A DNA stretch of 64,000 bases from an uncultured Clostridia bacterium. GTDB lineage: Bacteria > Bacillota > Clostridia > Christensenellales > UBA1242. The number at the start of each line of letters is the position of its first letter. The stretch's first letter is position 1. Positions 1-9,972 of the stretch are shown piece after piece. The position numbers and the translations under genes were made by a program. The DNA is taken from NCBI GenBank assembly GCA_934754475.1, contig CAKVHV010000002.1, positions 951 through 64,950 on the forward strand. Direction: 5' to 3'. The notes under the pieces were generated by a model. The model saw nothing but the letters and a program-made list of their open reading frames with translations, searched no databases and was not told the origin of the DNA.

Positions 1-33
1 TGTCTATTTTCTTTAAATAAGAAAACAAAACAC

Positions 34-68
34 AAAAAAATACAACCTTGCTCGGTTGTATTTTTTTT
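34..68. terminator. Rho-independent terminator hairpin, bidirectional
   Basis: 7-bp stem tacaacc/ggttgta (41-60) flanked by A7 (34-40) and T8 (61-68). It lies just 3' of the minus-strand ORF ending at 94. Confidence 0.6.
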
Positions 69-93
69 GCTCTCATAAAGAGTTGCCATATTG

Positions 94-2172
94 TTAGTTA
101 TTCTTATATATTTTAACAAGTAATTCTTGACTAAAATTATTCCAATTGCTATCATCAGAAACATAAATTTTTATAAATAAATTATAATAATCTTCTGTGC
201 TTTCAACGGTTGTTAAGTCAGTTTCTAAAACAAACTTTTGATAACTTGAATTTTTACCTGCAATTGGTTCAAAACGTCCAGTAATATTGCTTGTAATTTC
301 GATAGGATCACTACCGCCATTATAGAAATTATAAGTTCCTTCTCCCCTTGCTTCCCAAATAAAATGGACGTCTTTATAATAATCATATTCTCCAAATTTT
401 AATTCAACAGTTTTATTATCTGTATTGAATTTAATTGTTTGATCGCCAGTGTTTGCAAGATAACAATATTGTTTACTTATGTCTCCTTTTAAAATCTTCC
501 AACCATATTCAATATATCCTTCATTTTCGATTGTTTTATCGTGTTTTGTGATTGTTATATTACTATTATCATGAGTTAAATTTTTATCGTTATAATATAA
601 ATTAGGATTAATATAACATCTTATAGAATAACGACCAGCAGCTGAAGAACAAACATAAAGGTATTTATGTTCATCTTGTTCAAATTTAGCATCAGTATAA
701 ATACAATAAGATTTATTCGCTTCAAATGCTGTTTTCAAGTGTTGAGCAAGTTCTGTTTGCGTTACGTCATAAGGAATCAATGCATAATCTGGTGCATTAA
801 GTTGAAATTTCATTTCTTGAGGATTACCATTGTTATCGGTTGAATACTTAAAGCCGGATAACTCGTTTATAACATCTAATGTAGGTGCTGAATATGCAGT
901 TCTGCGAAGTATAATTGTAATTTCAAATTCTTGAGATTCAGCATAAAATTTTTCATAATAATTTTCATATTCTTTAGGCACAAATTTAACCATAGTTGTT
1001 ATTGTGTTTGTTTCCCCTTTAGTGCTATCAAAGTTATATGTTTTAGGATTGACTTCCGCAAGGGTGCCATAAATAGCAATTCTATTGTCAGCTTCATTCC
1101 AGGACTTTTCAAAATTATGCCATATCAATTCTTCACTTGTTAATTTGTTATCATTTGCTGAATTGTTATTTTCGTCATTAAGGTCAGAACTTAAAAGTAA
1201 TGATAGTTTACCATTTATTTTTGAATTACCGAAAGATGTATAACTATAACTATCACCATCTGATATGCCACGTAACATTTCATCAAGAGTGACACCTCTA
1301 CAAAGATATTTGTCAAAGGTGAAATCAATCTTAAAATTCTCTGCAGTTGCAACGATTTGTGATTTTTTTACAACAAGAGTTTGATAAGCAGAATATGATT
1401 TAAGGTAATTTCCTTGTTCTTTTATTTCAGCAAAAATCAAATATTTGCCTGGTTTAATATTTTCTAAAATTGATAATTCATTTGATAATTCACCAACTTG
1501 ATAATTTTCAGAATCAACAATTTCGTTTGGTTTTGGCAAAGCGTCAATTTCTTCTTGTGTTAGTGAAGAAATGTCATAAGCATAGTATGTTGAATCCTCT
1601 AAAATACAAATTTTCTCAATCATACTATCATCTAATTGAGTAGTGCCATTAGAAACGCTATAGTCGATACCTTTAAACTTTGTTCCATAGTAAATTTGAT
1701 TTTTACCAATATTTCCCACTCTACTTGTAACATTTAAAGTGTAGTTGCTATTATCGTTTACTTTTCGAACATCGATATTAACTTCACATGAATTGTCTTT
1801 ATAATTTAAAGTTAATCTCCAAAAGCCAGCTGTAAGATTTGAATTCTCACACATTTGAGTGTATTCTTCAAAAGTTTTAGTAACTCTACTTTCCTCGGCA
1901 CCATCAGCCGTAAAACTTACGGTTATTTGAACATTAGTCAATTCAACATTTTCATTAGAATTGTCTGAATAATATGCTTTTATTTTTATATTGTTAAGTC
2001 CAGTAGTATTACCAAAATCTCTGGTCTCGTAAATTGATGCTGAATATTCACCATCAGCCAAAGATACTTGAATGTAATTTAACTTTTTATCATTTCCACA
2101 GGCACTTAACAAAAATATGCAAGGAATAATTAAGCAAAAAGCAAAAATAAAACTCAATAATTTCTTTTTCAA
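94..2172 (-). CDS. Putative surface lipoprotein, function unknown (692 aa)
   Basis: 2079-nt ORF with a TTG start shortly after an AAGGAGGA RBS. Signal peptide plus lipobox (..IFLLSAC|GND). N/Y/T-rich sequence with no catalytic motif recognised. Confidence 0.7.
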   Translation of the reverse strand: MKKKLLSFIFAFCLIIPCIFLLSACGNDKKLNYIQVSLADGEYSASIYETRDFGNTTGLNNIKIKAYYSDNSNENVELTNVQITVSFTADGAEESRVTKTFEEYTQMCENSNLTAGFWRLTLNYKDNSCEVNIDVRKVNDNSNYTLNVTSRVGNIGKNQIYYGTKFKGIDYSVSNGTTQLDDSMIEKICILEDSTYYAYDISSLTQEEIDALPKPNEIVDSENYQVGELSNELSILENIKPGKYLIFAEIKEQGNYLKSYSAYQTLVVKKSQIVATAENFKIDFTFDKYLCRGVTLDEMLRGISDGDSYSYTSFGNSKINGKLSLLLSSDLNDENNNSANDNKLTSEELIWHNFEKSWNEADNRIAIYGTLAEVNPKTYNFDSTKGETNTITTMVKFVPKEYENYYEKFYAESQEFEITIILRRTAYSAPTLDVINELSGFKYSTDNNGNPQEMKFQLNAPDYALIPYDVTQTELAQHLKTAFEANKSYCIYTDAKFEQDEHKYLYVCSSAAGRYSIRCYINPNLYYNDKNLTHDNSNITITKHDKTIENEGYIEYGWKILKGDISKQYCYLANTGDQTIKFNTDNKTVELKFGEYDYYKDVHFIWEARGEGTYNFYNGGSDPIEITSNITGRFEPIAGKNSSYQKFVLETDLTTVESTEDYYNLFIKIYVSDDSNWNNFSQELLVKIYKNN

Positions 2173-2664
2173 TTTATTTTCCTCCTTAAAATTGAATTTC
2201 TATTTTTATTATAGCATATATTTTAAGAAATCTTATACAAAATTTTAACTTTTTCAAAAATTTGTTTTAGTTTCATCAATATTTTTTAATTTAATCTATT
2301 ATAAATACCTATAATTAACAACTATCAAAAAATAGCACTAGAAAATAAAAATTGAAAAACTTATATTGATTTTTAAGATTTTTTATTTATATTTTTTGTC
2401 AAAAAATACTTTGTTTCACATCTGTCTAAAATTAGACACCAAAAACTTAAATAAAATTAGGAGAATTGCTACAAAACGAAATAAAATTATATAACATGAA
2501 TTCGCTAGGTAAAATAAGGGAATAAAGAGATTTTTAAGTCATAAAATAAGCCATTTTAACAAGTTTTAATCACACCACTGTGTTGCATTGGGTCCAATCT
2601 TTAACTTTTCATTTAATTATCCTTTATTTGGCTTTTATTGATTTTTTTCTTCCAAATATTTTTG

Positions 2665-3252
2665 TTAATTTTTTATTTTTTGTTCATTCTTTTTTATAAG
2701 TTCGCTCGTTGTATAAATTTGTGTCACTTCAAAATTTGTTGGATTTAATGCTTTTAGGTCATTGTAAAGTTGTTCAGAAATAACCATTTGAGCTCCATCT
2801 TTTATATAGAAAAAATTATAGTTATTTGGTATATTATTTATAATTACACTCTTTATAGCTGTTCCCAAAACTCCATCCATTACACTATTTTCTCTATCTA
2901 GCACATCTATTTTATACTTTGTCCTTAGAATATAGTATGGTTTTAAAATCCCTTCATCTTTTGCAAAACACTTGTAAAATTCTATTTCATCAGAATATTT
3001 TTCTTTAAGCATCGTATATATTCTTTCAGAAACTATAAGTTCAGCCCAGTCGTTAAGTAGAAAATCTGATATGGGTTCGTCATTTTTATAACTCTTATCT
3101 CTTTCAAAGATGATTGGAGTGTTAGAAAACCCCTTAAACGATTTTCCAATATCCATAAATTCATAATATTCAACATATGGTTCATAATCATTTAAAAAGT
3201 TTGCATACTTTTTTGCACAATTTGTTACTAATCTAATTTCAAAATATTTCAT
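2665..3252 (-). CDS. Hypothetical protein, weakly resembling Imm11/DUF1629-type immunity proteins
   Basis: 195-aa ORF with an ATG start. The segments ..ELIVSERIYTMLKE..EIEF.. and ..MVISEQLYNDLKAL..NFEV.. recall the DUF1629 pattern. The family assignment is from memory only. Confidence 0.4.
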   Translation of the reverse strand: MKYFEIRLVTNCAKKYANFLNDYEPYVEYYEFMDIGKSFKGFSNTPIIFERDKSYKNDEPISDFLLNDWAELIVSERIYTMLKEKYSDEIEFYKCFAKDEGILKPYYILRTKYKIDVLDRENSVMDGVLGTAIKSVIINNIPNNYNFFYIKDGAQMVISEQLYNDLKALNPTNFEVTQIYTTSELIKKNEQKIKN

Positions 3253-3350
3253 CTATTAATTCTCTCTTATCTCCAAAATACCTTATATTTACTATCTGGA
3301 TTATTCATAACTTTGTTAAATGTTTTAATTTAATCATTTGTTATCCTGAA

Positions 3351-3998
3351 TTATTTCAATTTATCTTGTTCTTCTTGCGGAATCTCCCAGTCTATATCTC
3401 CCCAAAAAGAATTTGCAATTGCCGGAATCTTTCTACACCACTTTTCTTTGTTTGGGTGTTTGCGATAACCATTTTCATCATATTCTGGAGTTAAATATTT
3501 AAAATAATAATCCATCAATTCTTTTATTGAATTAAAGACTTTAATAGGTTCTACTATTCCATTTGGCGAAACATATATTTTTGGATTGTTAATCTCAGAT
3601 TGTTTATAATAAAAATTATAATTTCCCACTCCGCCAAAAAACACAATATCATCCAAAATTTGCTTGGAAATTTTTTTATCGGTTATTTCTTGATGTTTAT
3701 TGTAATCATTCAAAAAGAACTCCATAGGTCTCGACACCCCTACACCCAATCCATATATAACTATAGAAGAAATAAATAAACGACAACCATTGTAGAATTT
3801 ATAAAATTCTTTTAATTCTGGCAACAACACTATATTGTATGTTTTTTCAAAATTATCATAATAATTCTTATCAATTTTTTTACATAGATAGTGCAAATAT
3901 GTCTCACCTGATATTTCTTTCATGACAACATAAACTTTACCTTCATCGTTGTCTTTCTCTAATTTCCATTTCTTTTGCAATAACTCATCTAAGTACAT
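3351..3998 (-). CDS. SMI1/KNR4 (SUKH-1) family protein, immunity-protein-like
   Basis: LPELKEFYKFYNG and FFGGVGNYNFYY motifs are typical of SMI1/KNR4. ATG 3998 follows GGAGAG by 6 nt, so it is preferred over the TTG 4010 of the ORF track. Confidence 0.6.
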   Translation of the reverse strand: MYLDELLQKKWKLEKDNDEGKVYVVMKEISGETYLHYLCKKIDKNYYDNFEKTYNIVLLPELKEFYKFYNGCRLFISSIVIYGLGVGVSRPMEFFLNDYNKHQEITDKKISKQILDDIVFFGGVGNYNFYYKQSEINNPKIYVSPNGIVEPIKVFNSIKELMDYYFKYLTPEYDENGYRKHPNKEKWCRKIPAIANSFWGDIDWEIPQEEQDKLK

Positions 3999-4098
3999 AA
4001 TTCTCTCCAAAAAGTCTAATTTTGTCCATTACACAAGTATCCCTAACAATATATCTTTTATTTAGACTCATCCAAAATCCGTTTATTGACAACCATCA

Positions 4099-4485
4099 TT
4101 AATTTTTTACCACAATCCAACCAGCACCATTACTTCTTGAAACTTTTATTGGTTTAATTTGATTAACTCTATCTAGCCAAATAAGAGTACAATATTTCTT
4201 TTGAAGAGTTGCTTGCCAATTTTCAAACTTTTCTGTACCAATTTCTTTGCCATATTTTATTCTTATATCTTCAACAATTTCTGGTGTTAGTTCAAAGTAT
4301 TTAACGTCTTTAACTTTTGCAGTTGCTGTAACATCTTTGCAAGTTTCTTTTAGCAGTATCTCATCTCCAATTTTTACTTTGTTATATGGAGCAACTTTGT
4401 GCATACTCCACCTACTCTCAATTGTTTTTGTACCACTTAAAACCATATCAAAAAATGGCTGTCTTAAGATTGCAATATGTTGCAT
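4099..4485 (-). CDS. ASCH (PUA-like) domain protein
   Basis: N-terminus MQHIAILRQPFFDMVLSGTKTIESRW is typical of ASCH domains. 128 aa. Confidence 0.65.
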   Translation of the reverse strand: MQHIAILRQPFFDMVLSGTKTIESRWSMHKVAPYNKVKIGDEILLKETCKDVTATAKVKDVKYFELTPEIVEDIRIKYGKEIGTEKFENWQATLQKKYCTLIWLDRVNQIKPIKVSRSNGAGWIVVKN

Positions 4486-5063
4486 AAAGTCTCCTTAAAA
4501 ATATTCTCATTGCCTTTGTAACACAAAGGGTTTGCGGGTGATGTGTGATAAATTGGAATAGCTATTTTGGTTTTGTCTCCAATCTTTATTTCAAATATTT
4601 TGCCTACCACTCTGCAAAGTTTATCTATTTTTATGTCAAGTATGGTTTCTGTTGGATGTTTTCCCATAGGAAGAATAATGTCAAAATCATAATTTTCAAG
4701 TTGTTTAAGTAGTATTGGTTTGCAATTTTGAGAACACTCTCGAAGTCTTTTCCTATCTTCTATTATACATTTACAGACTTCTGTAAAATACACATCATCC
4801 AGCGTCAATCCACACAAATTCAATAATCGCTCAAGTACTTTTCCAGTAGATTGCAATTTTCCATTTATATTATAAAATGCTTTTTTTGAAACAATCCAAC
4901 CATCCTTTGCGGGAGACTCACCCAAAATTAGAATTTTGGATTTTCCAGTTTTCATTGAATCGCATTTCAATTTTGGCAAACTACCACATTTATTACAATC
5001 TTCTATTACCTTTAAAATATCGTCGTTATCTTGAGATTTCTTTATCAATGAATTTTCTAACAT
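4464..5063 (-). CDS. Uracil-DNA glycosylase superfamily protein (family 4/5-like)
   Basis: ILILGESPAKDGW resembles UDG motif A and IYHTSPANP resembles motif B. ATG 5063 chosen (the track uses TTG 5072). It overlaps the 3' end of the upstream gene by 38 nt. Confidence 0.55.
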   Translation of the reverse strand: MLENSLIKKSQDNDDILKVIEDCNKCGSLPKLKCDSMKTGKSKILILGESPAKDGWIVSKKAFYNINGKLQSTGKVLERLLNLCGLTLDDVYFTEVCKCIIEDRKRLRECSQNCKPILLKQLENYDFDIILPMGKHPTETILDIKIDKLCRVVGKIFEIKIGDKTKIAIPIYHTSPANPLCYKGNENIFKETLCNILQS

Positions 5064-5397
5064 ATTCTTCAACCTTATCTTTCAATAATTCAAATCTTTC
5101 TTTTACATTAGCTTTGTTTTGGTCTGGTTGCTTGACAACACTATTTGAGTAATCTAAGTCGTAATCAAACTGCTCTTTTGTTAAGTCGACCACATGATTA
5201 TTTATTACATTAAAATAATGAGATTCAATATTATGCCTACATATATCTCCACCAAAGTAATACTGCACAAGCAATGCTGTAGGCACACATTGTCCACAAG
5301 TCGGATTCTCTTTGCTCCATTTGTCTTGCCAGTCAGGATGTGCAGTTTCCTTTGAATATACTTCCAACAAAATTTTTTTCAATTCGTCAATTGTCAT
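5026..5397 (-). CDS. Small conserved protein, YunG-like, function unknown
   Basis: 123 aa. NPTCGQCVPTALLVQYYFGGDI..HYFN..VVDLTKEQF resembles YunG-type proteins (from memory). Confidence 0.4.
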   Translation of the reverse strand: MTIDELKKILLEVYSKETAHPDWQDKWSKENPTCGQCVPTALLVQYYFGGDICRHNIESHYFNVINNHVVDLTKEQFDYDLDYSNSVVKQPDQNKANVKERFELLKDKVEEYVRKFIDKEISR

Positions 5398-5462
5398 TTG
5401 TTCTCCTATATGTTTTTAAATAAATATTTCATAAAACTTTTAACGCATTTATTTGCAAAATA

Positions 5463-6362
5463 TTACAAATCTTTTTCTGCCATAAAATAGTATGTAGAAA
5501 TTTTGTAACCAGAGTATCCATACATTTTGTCTAATCCTGTGTATGTATATCCCAAACTAGCATCTTTAAGCCCAATTTCCTTTAAATACTTAGTTCCCAT
5601 ATTAACCATTTTTGATGCGATTCCCTGATGCATTTCGCTAGACGAAACACAAGTACATCCAACAGAACCCAAATTTTTGCCTTCTGTTTCAATAGAAACA
5701 ATTAGTGACCCAACTATTTTATTGTTTTTAATAGCAACTAACACTTTTTGATTGTTATTCTCTTCGTATAATTTTGGATTTTTGTAATACTCAGAAAACT
5801 TTTCACTCTGATATTGACAAGCATCATCTGCACACACCAATATATCTTCCATATCTTTTAAAGTAGCCCATCTAAAACTTACACCTTCAATCGATTTTTT
5901 CATTTCAACATAATCTTTTAATTGCATTTTCATATCAAAACAATTACAGTCGCCCCAAGCATGAGTATATAGTTGATTTTCAAAAAAATTAGATGCCTTA
6001 TCGTCAACTTCCTTGCTCAAATTTTCGTTTACACTATCTGTATACTTTCTACTAGTCGGAACACCCGGCATTAAATAATCATATCCTGCACCTACTGTAA
6101 TTTTGTCATAGCCACAAGATTTAATATGTTCTTCACATTGTTTTAATAGTTTGCTTCCGATACCCTTATTCCTATATTCTTTATCTACAACCAAAAGCAA
6201 AATAGTATTTTTATTGACAACCGCACACGCAATTAATTTGTCATTTTTTCTTTTTTCAAAAACGACATTATCTTTGTTATCTATAATATTTAAAGCAGTT
6301 TTTTCTTCTCTATTAATATACGGGAAATTCCTTTTAAACATTTCATATATTTCTTCTTTCAT
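5463..6362 (-). CDS. Tandem-GNAT N-acetyltransferase
   Basis: Two acetyl-CoA-binding type segments (VVDKEYRNKGIGSKLL and SEMHQGIASKMV) in one 299-aa chain. Confidence 0.65.
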   Translation of the reverse strand: MKEEIYEMFKRNFPYINREEKTALNIIDNKDNVVFEKRKNDKLIACAVVNKNTILLLVVDKEYRNKGIGSKLLKQCEEHIKSCGYDKITVGAGYDYLMPGVPTSRKYTDSVNENLSKEVDDKASNFFENQLYTHAWGDCNCFDMKMQLKDYVEMKKSIEGVSFRWATLKDMEDILVCADDACQYQSEKFSEYYKNPKLYEENNNQKVLVAIKNNKIVGSLIVSIETEGKNLGSVGCTCVSSSEMHQGIASKMVNMGTKYLKEIGLKDASLGYTYTGLDKMYGYSGYKISTYYFMAEKDL

Positions 6363-6403
6363 ACTAGACCACCTTTATTGCAAAGTTTGTGTTAAAAATA
6401 ACG

Positions 6404-6946
6404 TTATTTCATCTCAATCAATCTTTTTTCAATCACAGCAACAATTTCATCGTTGCCAAATTTTTTCCCAACAAATTGCCTTATTTTTACAAAACCTAAA
6501 CTATAAAAAACATTCAAAGCAGATTGTCTACTTTCAGGAACTGTATCCGTAAGACAAATAACACCATATTCTTTTGCCTTTTCAATAAGTTTTTCCATCG
6601 CAGGTCGCATGTACCCCTGCCCACGAAATTCACTCTTAACAACTATTCCCATAGTCGCTATTTTCGTTTCGGGATTTTTGTTAAAGTTAACATAGCCAAT
6701 AAACATATTATTTTTAATATCTTTTATATAAGCATAAAAGAAATTGGGATTACTTAGTTTGTTTTCTATCCAAGCGCTCCATTTTGATTTGGGAAAATCT
6801 ATACAGCCAGTATCTCGATGATAACCTTCATAACTCACATCATATCCAGCATTATAACTCATCGTATTTAAATCAGACATGCAATCTTCTCTAAATTTGA
6901 GTTCATCAAATGTAGGTTTATGTAATTCAATTTTTATATCTCTCAT
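6404..6946 (-). CDS. GNAT family N-acetyltransferase (RimJ/RimL-like)
   Basis: GIVVKSEFRGQGYMRPAMEKLIEKAKE matches GNAT motif A. 180 aa. Confidence 0.7.
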   Translation of the reverse strand: MRDIKIELHKPTFDELKFREDCMSDLNTMSYNAGYDVSYEGYHRDTGCIDFPKSKWSAWIENKLSNPNFFYAYIKDIKNNMFIGYVNFNKNPETKIATMGIVVKSEFRGQGYMRPAMEKLIEKAKEYGVICLTDTVPESRQSALNVFYSLGFVKIRQFVGKKFGNDEIVAVIEKRLIEMK

Positions 6947-6966
6947 GACACAAATTCCTTCAACAT

Positions 6967-9525
6967 CTATTCACTTCTTAAACAAATAACTGGGTCTTTT
7001 TTGGAAGCAATTCTTGCTGGAACTGTTCCTGCAATTGTTGTAAGTACTGTACTTACTCCAACCAAAATAAGTGCATGTGTAAATTTGAGTGTTGCCATAT
7101 TTGTTGTAATTGTTCCACCTGCAATTGCCTTAATAATTGCACTAAGCGGAATTGTTAGAACCCAACTAAGAGTTACACCCAAAATCCCCGCAAAGAGACC
7201 AATTAAAATTGTTTCACTATTGAATATTCTCGAAATATCTTTCTTTCTAGCACCAATACTTCTTAAAACACCTATTTCTTTGGTTCTTTCAATTACAGAA
7301 GTATAAGTAATTATTCCTATCATTACAGACGATACAACAAGCGAAATCCCCGCAAATGCTATTAGCACATAAGAAACAATATTTACAAGCGAGCCAAGAG
7401 TGGTTGTCAAAAATCCAGTTGTATCCGAATAGACAATCTTTTCGCTATCTTTTTCAACCGAAGAATTATACTCATCTATTAATGAAATAATCCTATCTTT
7501 TGCATCAAAATTTTTAGGATAAAACTTAATACTTACTGGAATACTGCTAATTCCAATTTGTTGCATAGCAACATCAAAAGCATCATCATTTGACAAAGTA
7601 TATCCATATTGTAGATTTAAAAAGTTATTGATTTGTGCAACATCAGAAAAACCTTCTGTAGGCAAAATTCTTTGTAGTTCTGTAACTGACAAAACGTAGT
7701 TATCATAAAAAGCAAGTGAATCTTTGTTTGCCAATTGTTTCCTAGCAATTAGTGAATTTCTGCAGTTATTTGCATAAAAATTATCAAAACTAGAAATATA
7801 TGCAAGCCCCGAACTAAGAATTTCACTTGTAGCATCTTCTTTGATTCTAACTATTCCCGAAATTTTGAGTGTAACCGAAGCATTTTGATAAGCATTATAT
7901 AATTCAACTTGGTCAGTTATATCTAGTTTGTCAAATTTGGTTATACTATCAAACTCACTACTGTCTGCAGTGTAATAATCGTCATTAAATAAAACTTTGT
8001 ATTCTTTGTTGCAAATATCTTCAAAGGAAATATTTTCATATTCTCCAAGTTCATTTTTTGTAGGCTTAAGTCCAATATTTTCAAGAACACTATCCGAAAT
8101 TTTATTTCCCTTGCCAATTACCAAAACCATTTCGTTTGAATAACCTTCAGCATTATTTTTAGGAAGTGTGCCATAGACCAAATCATATTGTTCCATAACA
8201 AAATCCATGTTTTGATTAATAGGATAAATCGTGCTACTAATATCTCCCGACATAATACTAGTTGAATTTTGTCTTTGGATAAACTGATACTTTCCATCGT
8301 CATTTTTAGCAAGCAATTTAACTGGAATATAATAGTTATAGTCAATCATATTAATACTTGGATTATGACTATTGGCATCATTCTTTTCAAATTCTTTTAC
8401 CTTTTCAACAAAACCACTAGTTAAATTGTTGTAATGTCCATAAGCCATAAGTCTTAGATTTGGATTGTATGGAACAACCACATCTCCACTTACGTCTTCG
8501 CTATCGTCATCCGCCCTTTCAAAACTAGAAAACTTGTTCATATCCACACTTATTGCCGAAATAGTAATAGGATAATTTCCAAGAGCGTCAGATTGAACTT
8601 TGTTTATGTAGTTATTCATTCCAGTCGAAACCGCAAGAACTAGCGCTATGCCAATTATTCCAATTGAACCCGCCAAACTTTCAATAAATGTTTTCCCACG
8701 TTTTGACCAAAGATTTTTTAGAGATAATCCAAAAGCAGTTCCATAACTCATCGAAGTTTTAATTTTATTCTTCTTTTTTCGTGCAGATTCTCTATCTAAA
8801 CTTTTGTTTACACTAATCGCATCTGACGAAATCTCTTGGTCGTCAGGATTGTACGGGTCAGTATCCCCAGTTAGTTCCCCATCCAAAATATTAATAATTC
8901 TTGTAGAATATGTTTTTGCAAGTTCTTCGTTATGTGTAACCATAATAATCAAATACTTGCTAGAAATTTTTTTGAGTAAATCCATAACTTGAACACTTGT
9001 TTCGCTATCCAAAGCGCCAGTAGGCTCATCTGCAAGAATTATTTTTGGCTCATTTACAATAGCCCTAGCAATAGCAACTCTTTGCATTTGACCACCAGAA
9101 AGTTGATTTGGTCGTTTTTTCATTTGGTTTTCAAGCCCAACTTCTTTAAGTGCCTTTATTGCTCTTTTTCGCTTTTCAGTTTTGCTAATACCAGCAATAC
9201 TAAGTGCCAATTCTACATTTTCAAGAATACTTAAATGCCCTATCAAATTATATGACTGAAATATAAACCCAATATAGTGATTTCTATAAGCATCCCAATC
9301 TCTATCCTTGTATTCCTTGGTCGAAACACCATTAATAACAATATCTCCCGAAGTATATTTATCTAGCCCGCCAATAATATTAAGCATTGTAGTTTTTCCA
9401 CATCCTGATGGACCTAAAATAGAAACAAATTCGTTATTTCTAAAGTTTATACTTACATTTTTGAGTGCATGAACTTCGTTTTCACCCGATAAATAATTTT
9501 TTGTAATATTTTTAATTTGAATCAT
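6967..9525 (-). CDS. Fused ABC transporter ATPase plus FtsX/MacB-type permease
   Basis: Walker A GPSGCGKTT, signature LSGGQMQRVAIARA and Walker B ILADEPTGALD, followed by a large extracytoplasmic region and C-terminal TM helices. ATG 9525 follows a GGGGGA RBS; the track's ATG 9537 has none. Confidence 0.85.
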   Translation of the reverse strand: MIQIKNITKNYLSGENEVHALKNVSINFRNNEFVSILGPSGCGKTTMLNIIGGLDKYTSGDIVINGVSTKEYKDRDWDAYRNHYIGFIFQSYNLIGHLSILENVELALSIAGISKTEKRKRAIKALKEVGLENQMKKRPNQLSGGQMQRVAIARAIVNEPKIILADEPTGALDSETSVQVMDLLKKISSKYLIIMVTHNEELAKTYSTRIINILDGELTGDTDPYNPDDQEISSDAISVNKSLDRESARKKKNKIKTSMSYGTAFGLSLKNLWSKRGKTFIESLAGSIGIIGIALVLAVSTGMNNYINKVQSDALGNYPITISAISVDMNKFSSFERADDDSEDVSGDVVVPYNPNLRLMAYGHYNNLTSGFVEKVKEFEKNDANSHNPSINMIDYNYYIPVKLLAKNDDGKYQFIQRQNSTSIMSGDISSTIYPINQNMDFVMEQYDLVYGTLPKNNAEGYSNEMVLVIGKGNKISDSVLENIGLKPTKNELGEYENISFEDICNKEYKVLFNDDYYTADSSEFDSITKFDKLDITDQVELYNAYQNASVTLKISGIVRIKEDATSEILSSGLAYISSFDNFYANNCRNSLIARKQLANKDSLAFYDNYVLSVTELQRILPTEGFSDVAQINNFLNLQYGYTLSNDDAFDVAMQQIGISSIPVSIKFYPKNFDAKDRIISLIDEYNSSVEKDSEKIVYSDTTGFLTTTLGSLVNIVSYVLIAFAGISLVVSSVMIGIITYTSVIERTKEIGVLRSIGARKKDISRIFNSETILIGLFAGILGVTLSWVLTIPLSAIIKAIAGGTITTNMATLKFTHALILVGVSTVLTTIAGTVPARIASKKDPVICLRSE

Positions 9526-9748
9526 ATTATCCCCCATAAGATAATTGTATTATATCACAAAACATTTTAAATTTAAATAAAAAACCACCTTATATTTATA
9601 ATTTATTCTTCACATTATTAAATGTGTTGATTAAATAAACATAATCATCACACACAAGTCCAGTTGCACAAAAAAAGATACCTATAAGGCATCATTTTGG
9701 TGCGGATAAATGGATGTGTATTAAGGAGACACATTGTCGACGTCAATT

Positions 9749-9792
9749 CTCGGGTGGCAGACATGTTCCATGGCTGACGAGTTCCCGAGTAC
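9749..9792 (-). other. Conserved 44-nt nested-hairpin motif, copy 1 of 3
   Basis: The minus-strand sequence gtaCTCGGGaactcgtCAGccatggaacatgtCTGccaCCCGAG is identical (44/44) to 12019-12062. 26 of 44 positions are G/C. Confidence 0.7.
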
Positions 9793-9860
9793 AATGCACG
9801 GAAGTGCTGGTAAGTCTCTCTTGAGACTTGTGTGCATTGCACACTCAAATCCAGTTGCAC

Positions 9861-9884
9861 AAAAAAAGATACCTATAAGGTATC
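9861..9884 (-). terminator. Terminator of tRNA-Leu(GAG)
   Basis: On the minus strand: gatacct-tat-aggtatc hairpin followed by T7. Confidence 0.6.
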
Positions 9885-9888
9885 ATTT

Positions 9889-9972
9889 TGGTGCGGATAA
9901 CTGGATTTGAACCAGCACGGGTCTCCCCACAAACACCTCAAGCTTGCGCGTCTGCCATTCCGCCATATCCGC
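9889..9972 (-). tRNA. tRNA-Leu(GAG)
   Basis: Manual cloverleaf. Acceptor GCGGATA/TATCCGC, anticodon arm CAAGC-TTGAGGT-GTTTG, long variable arm, T-loop TTCAAAT, encoded CCA. 84 nt. Confidence 0.9.

Larger units (their letters stand above)
9659..9906 (-). repeat. tRNA-Leu-linked ~190-nt element: 57-nt direct repeats flanking a 134-nt GC-rich multi-hairpin insert
   Basis: 9850-9906 and 9659-9715 match at 55 of 57 positions. They comprise the tRNA-Leu(GAG) 3' end, its terminator and 11 further nt. The insert holds three hairpins plus the 44-nt motif. Confidence 0.85.

Noticed and set aside
9749-9792. Possible hammerhead ribozyme, since CTGACGAG appears on the strand opposite the tRNA; similar CTGACGA boxes lie in family C leaders and at 42155
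   Set aside because: No stem II followed by a GAAA box in the required arrangement could be drawn on either strand, so the hammerhead core is incomplete. I could not match twister, pistol, hatchet or HDV-like cores from memory either. This is left as an open test, not a claim.
9648-9860. Minus-strand 70-aa ORF with a GTG start
   Set aside because: It lies entirely inside the tRNA-Leu(GAG)-linked repeat element and has no RBS. The same sequence at the other locus is in a different context.
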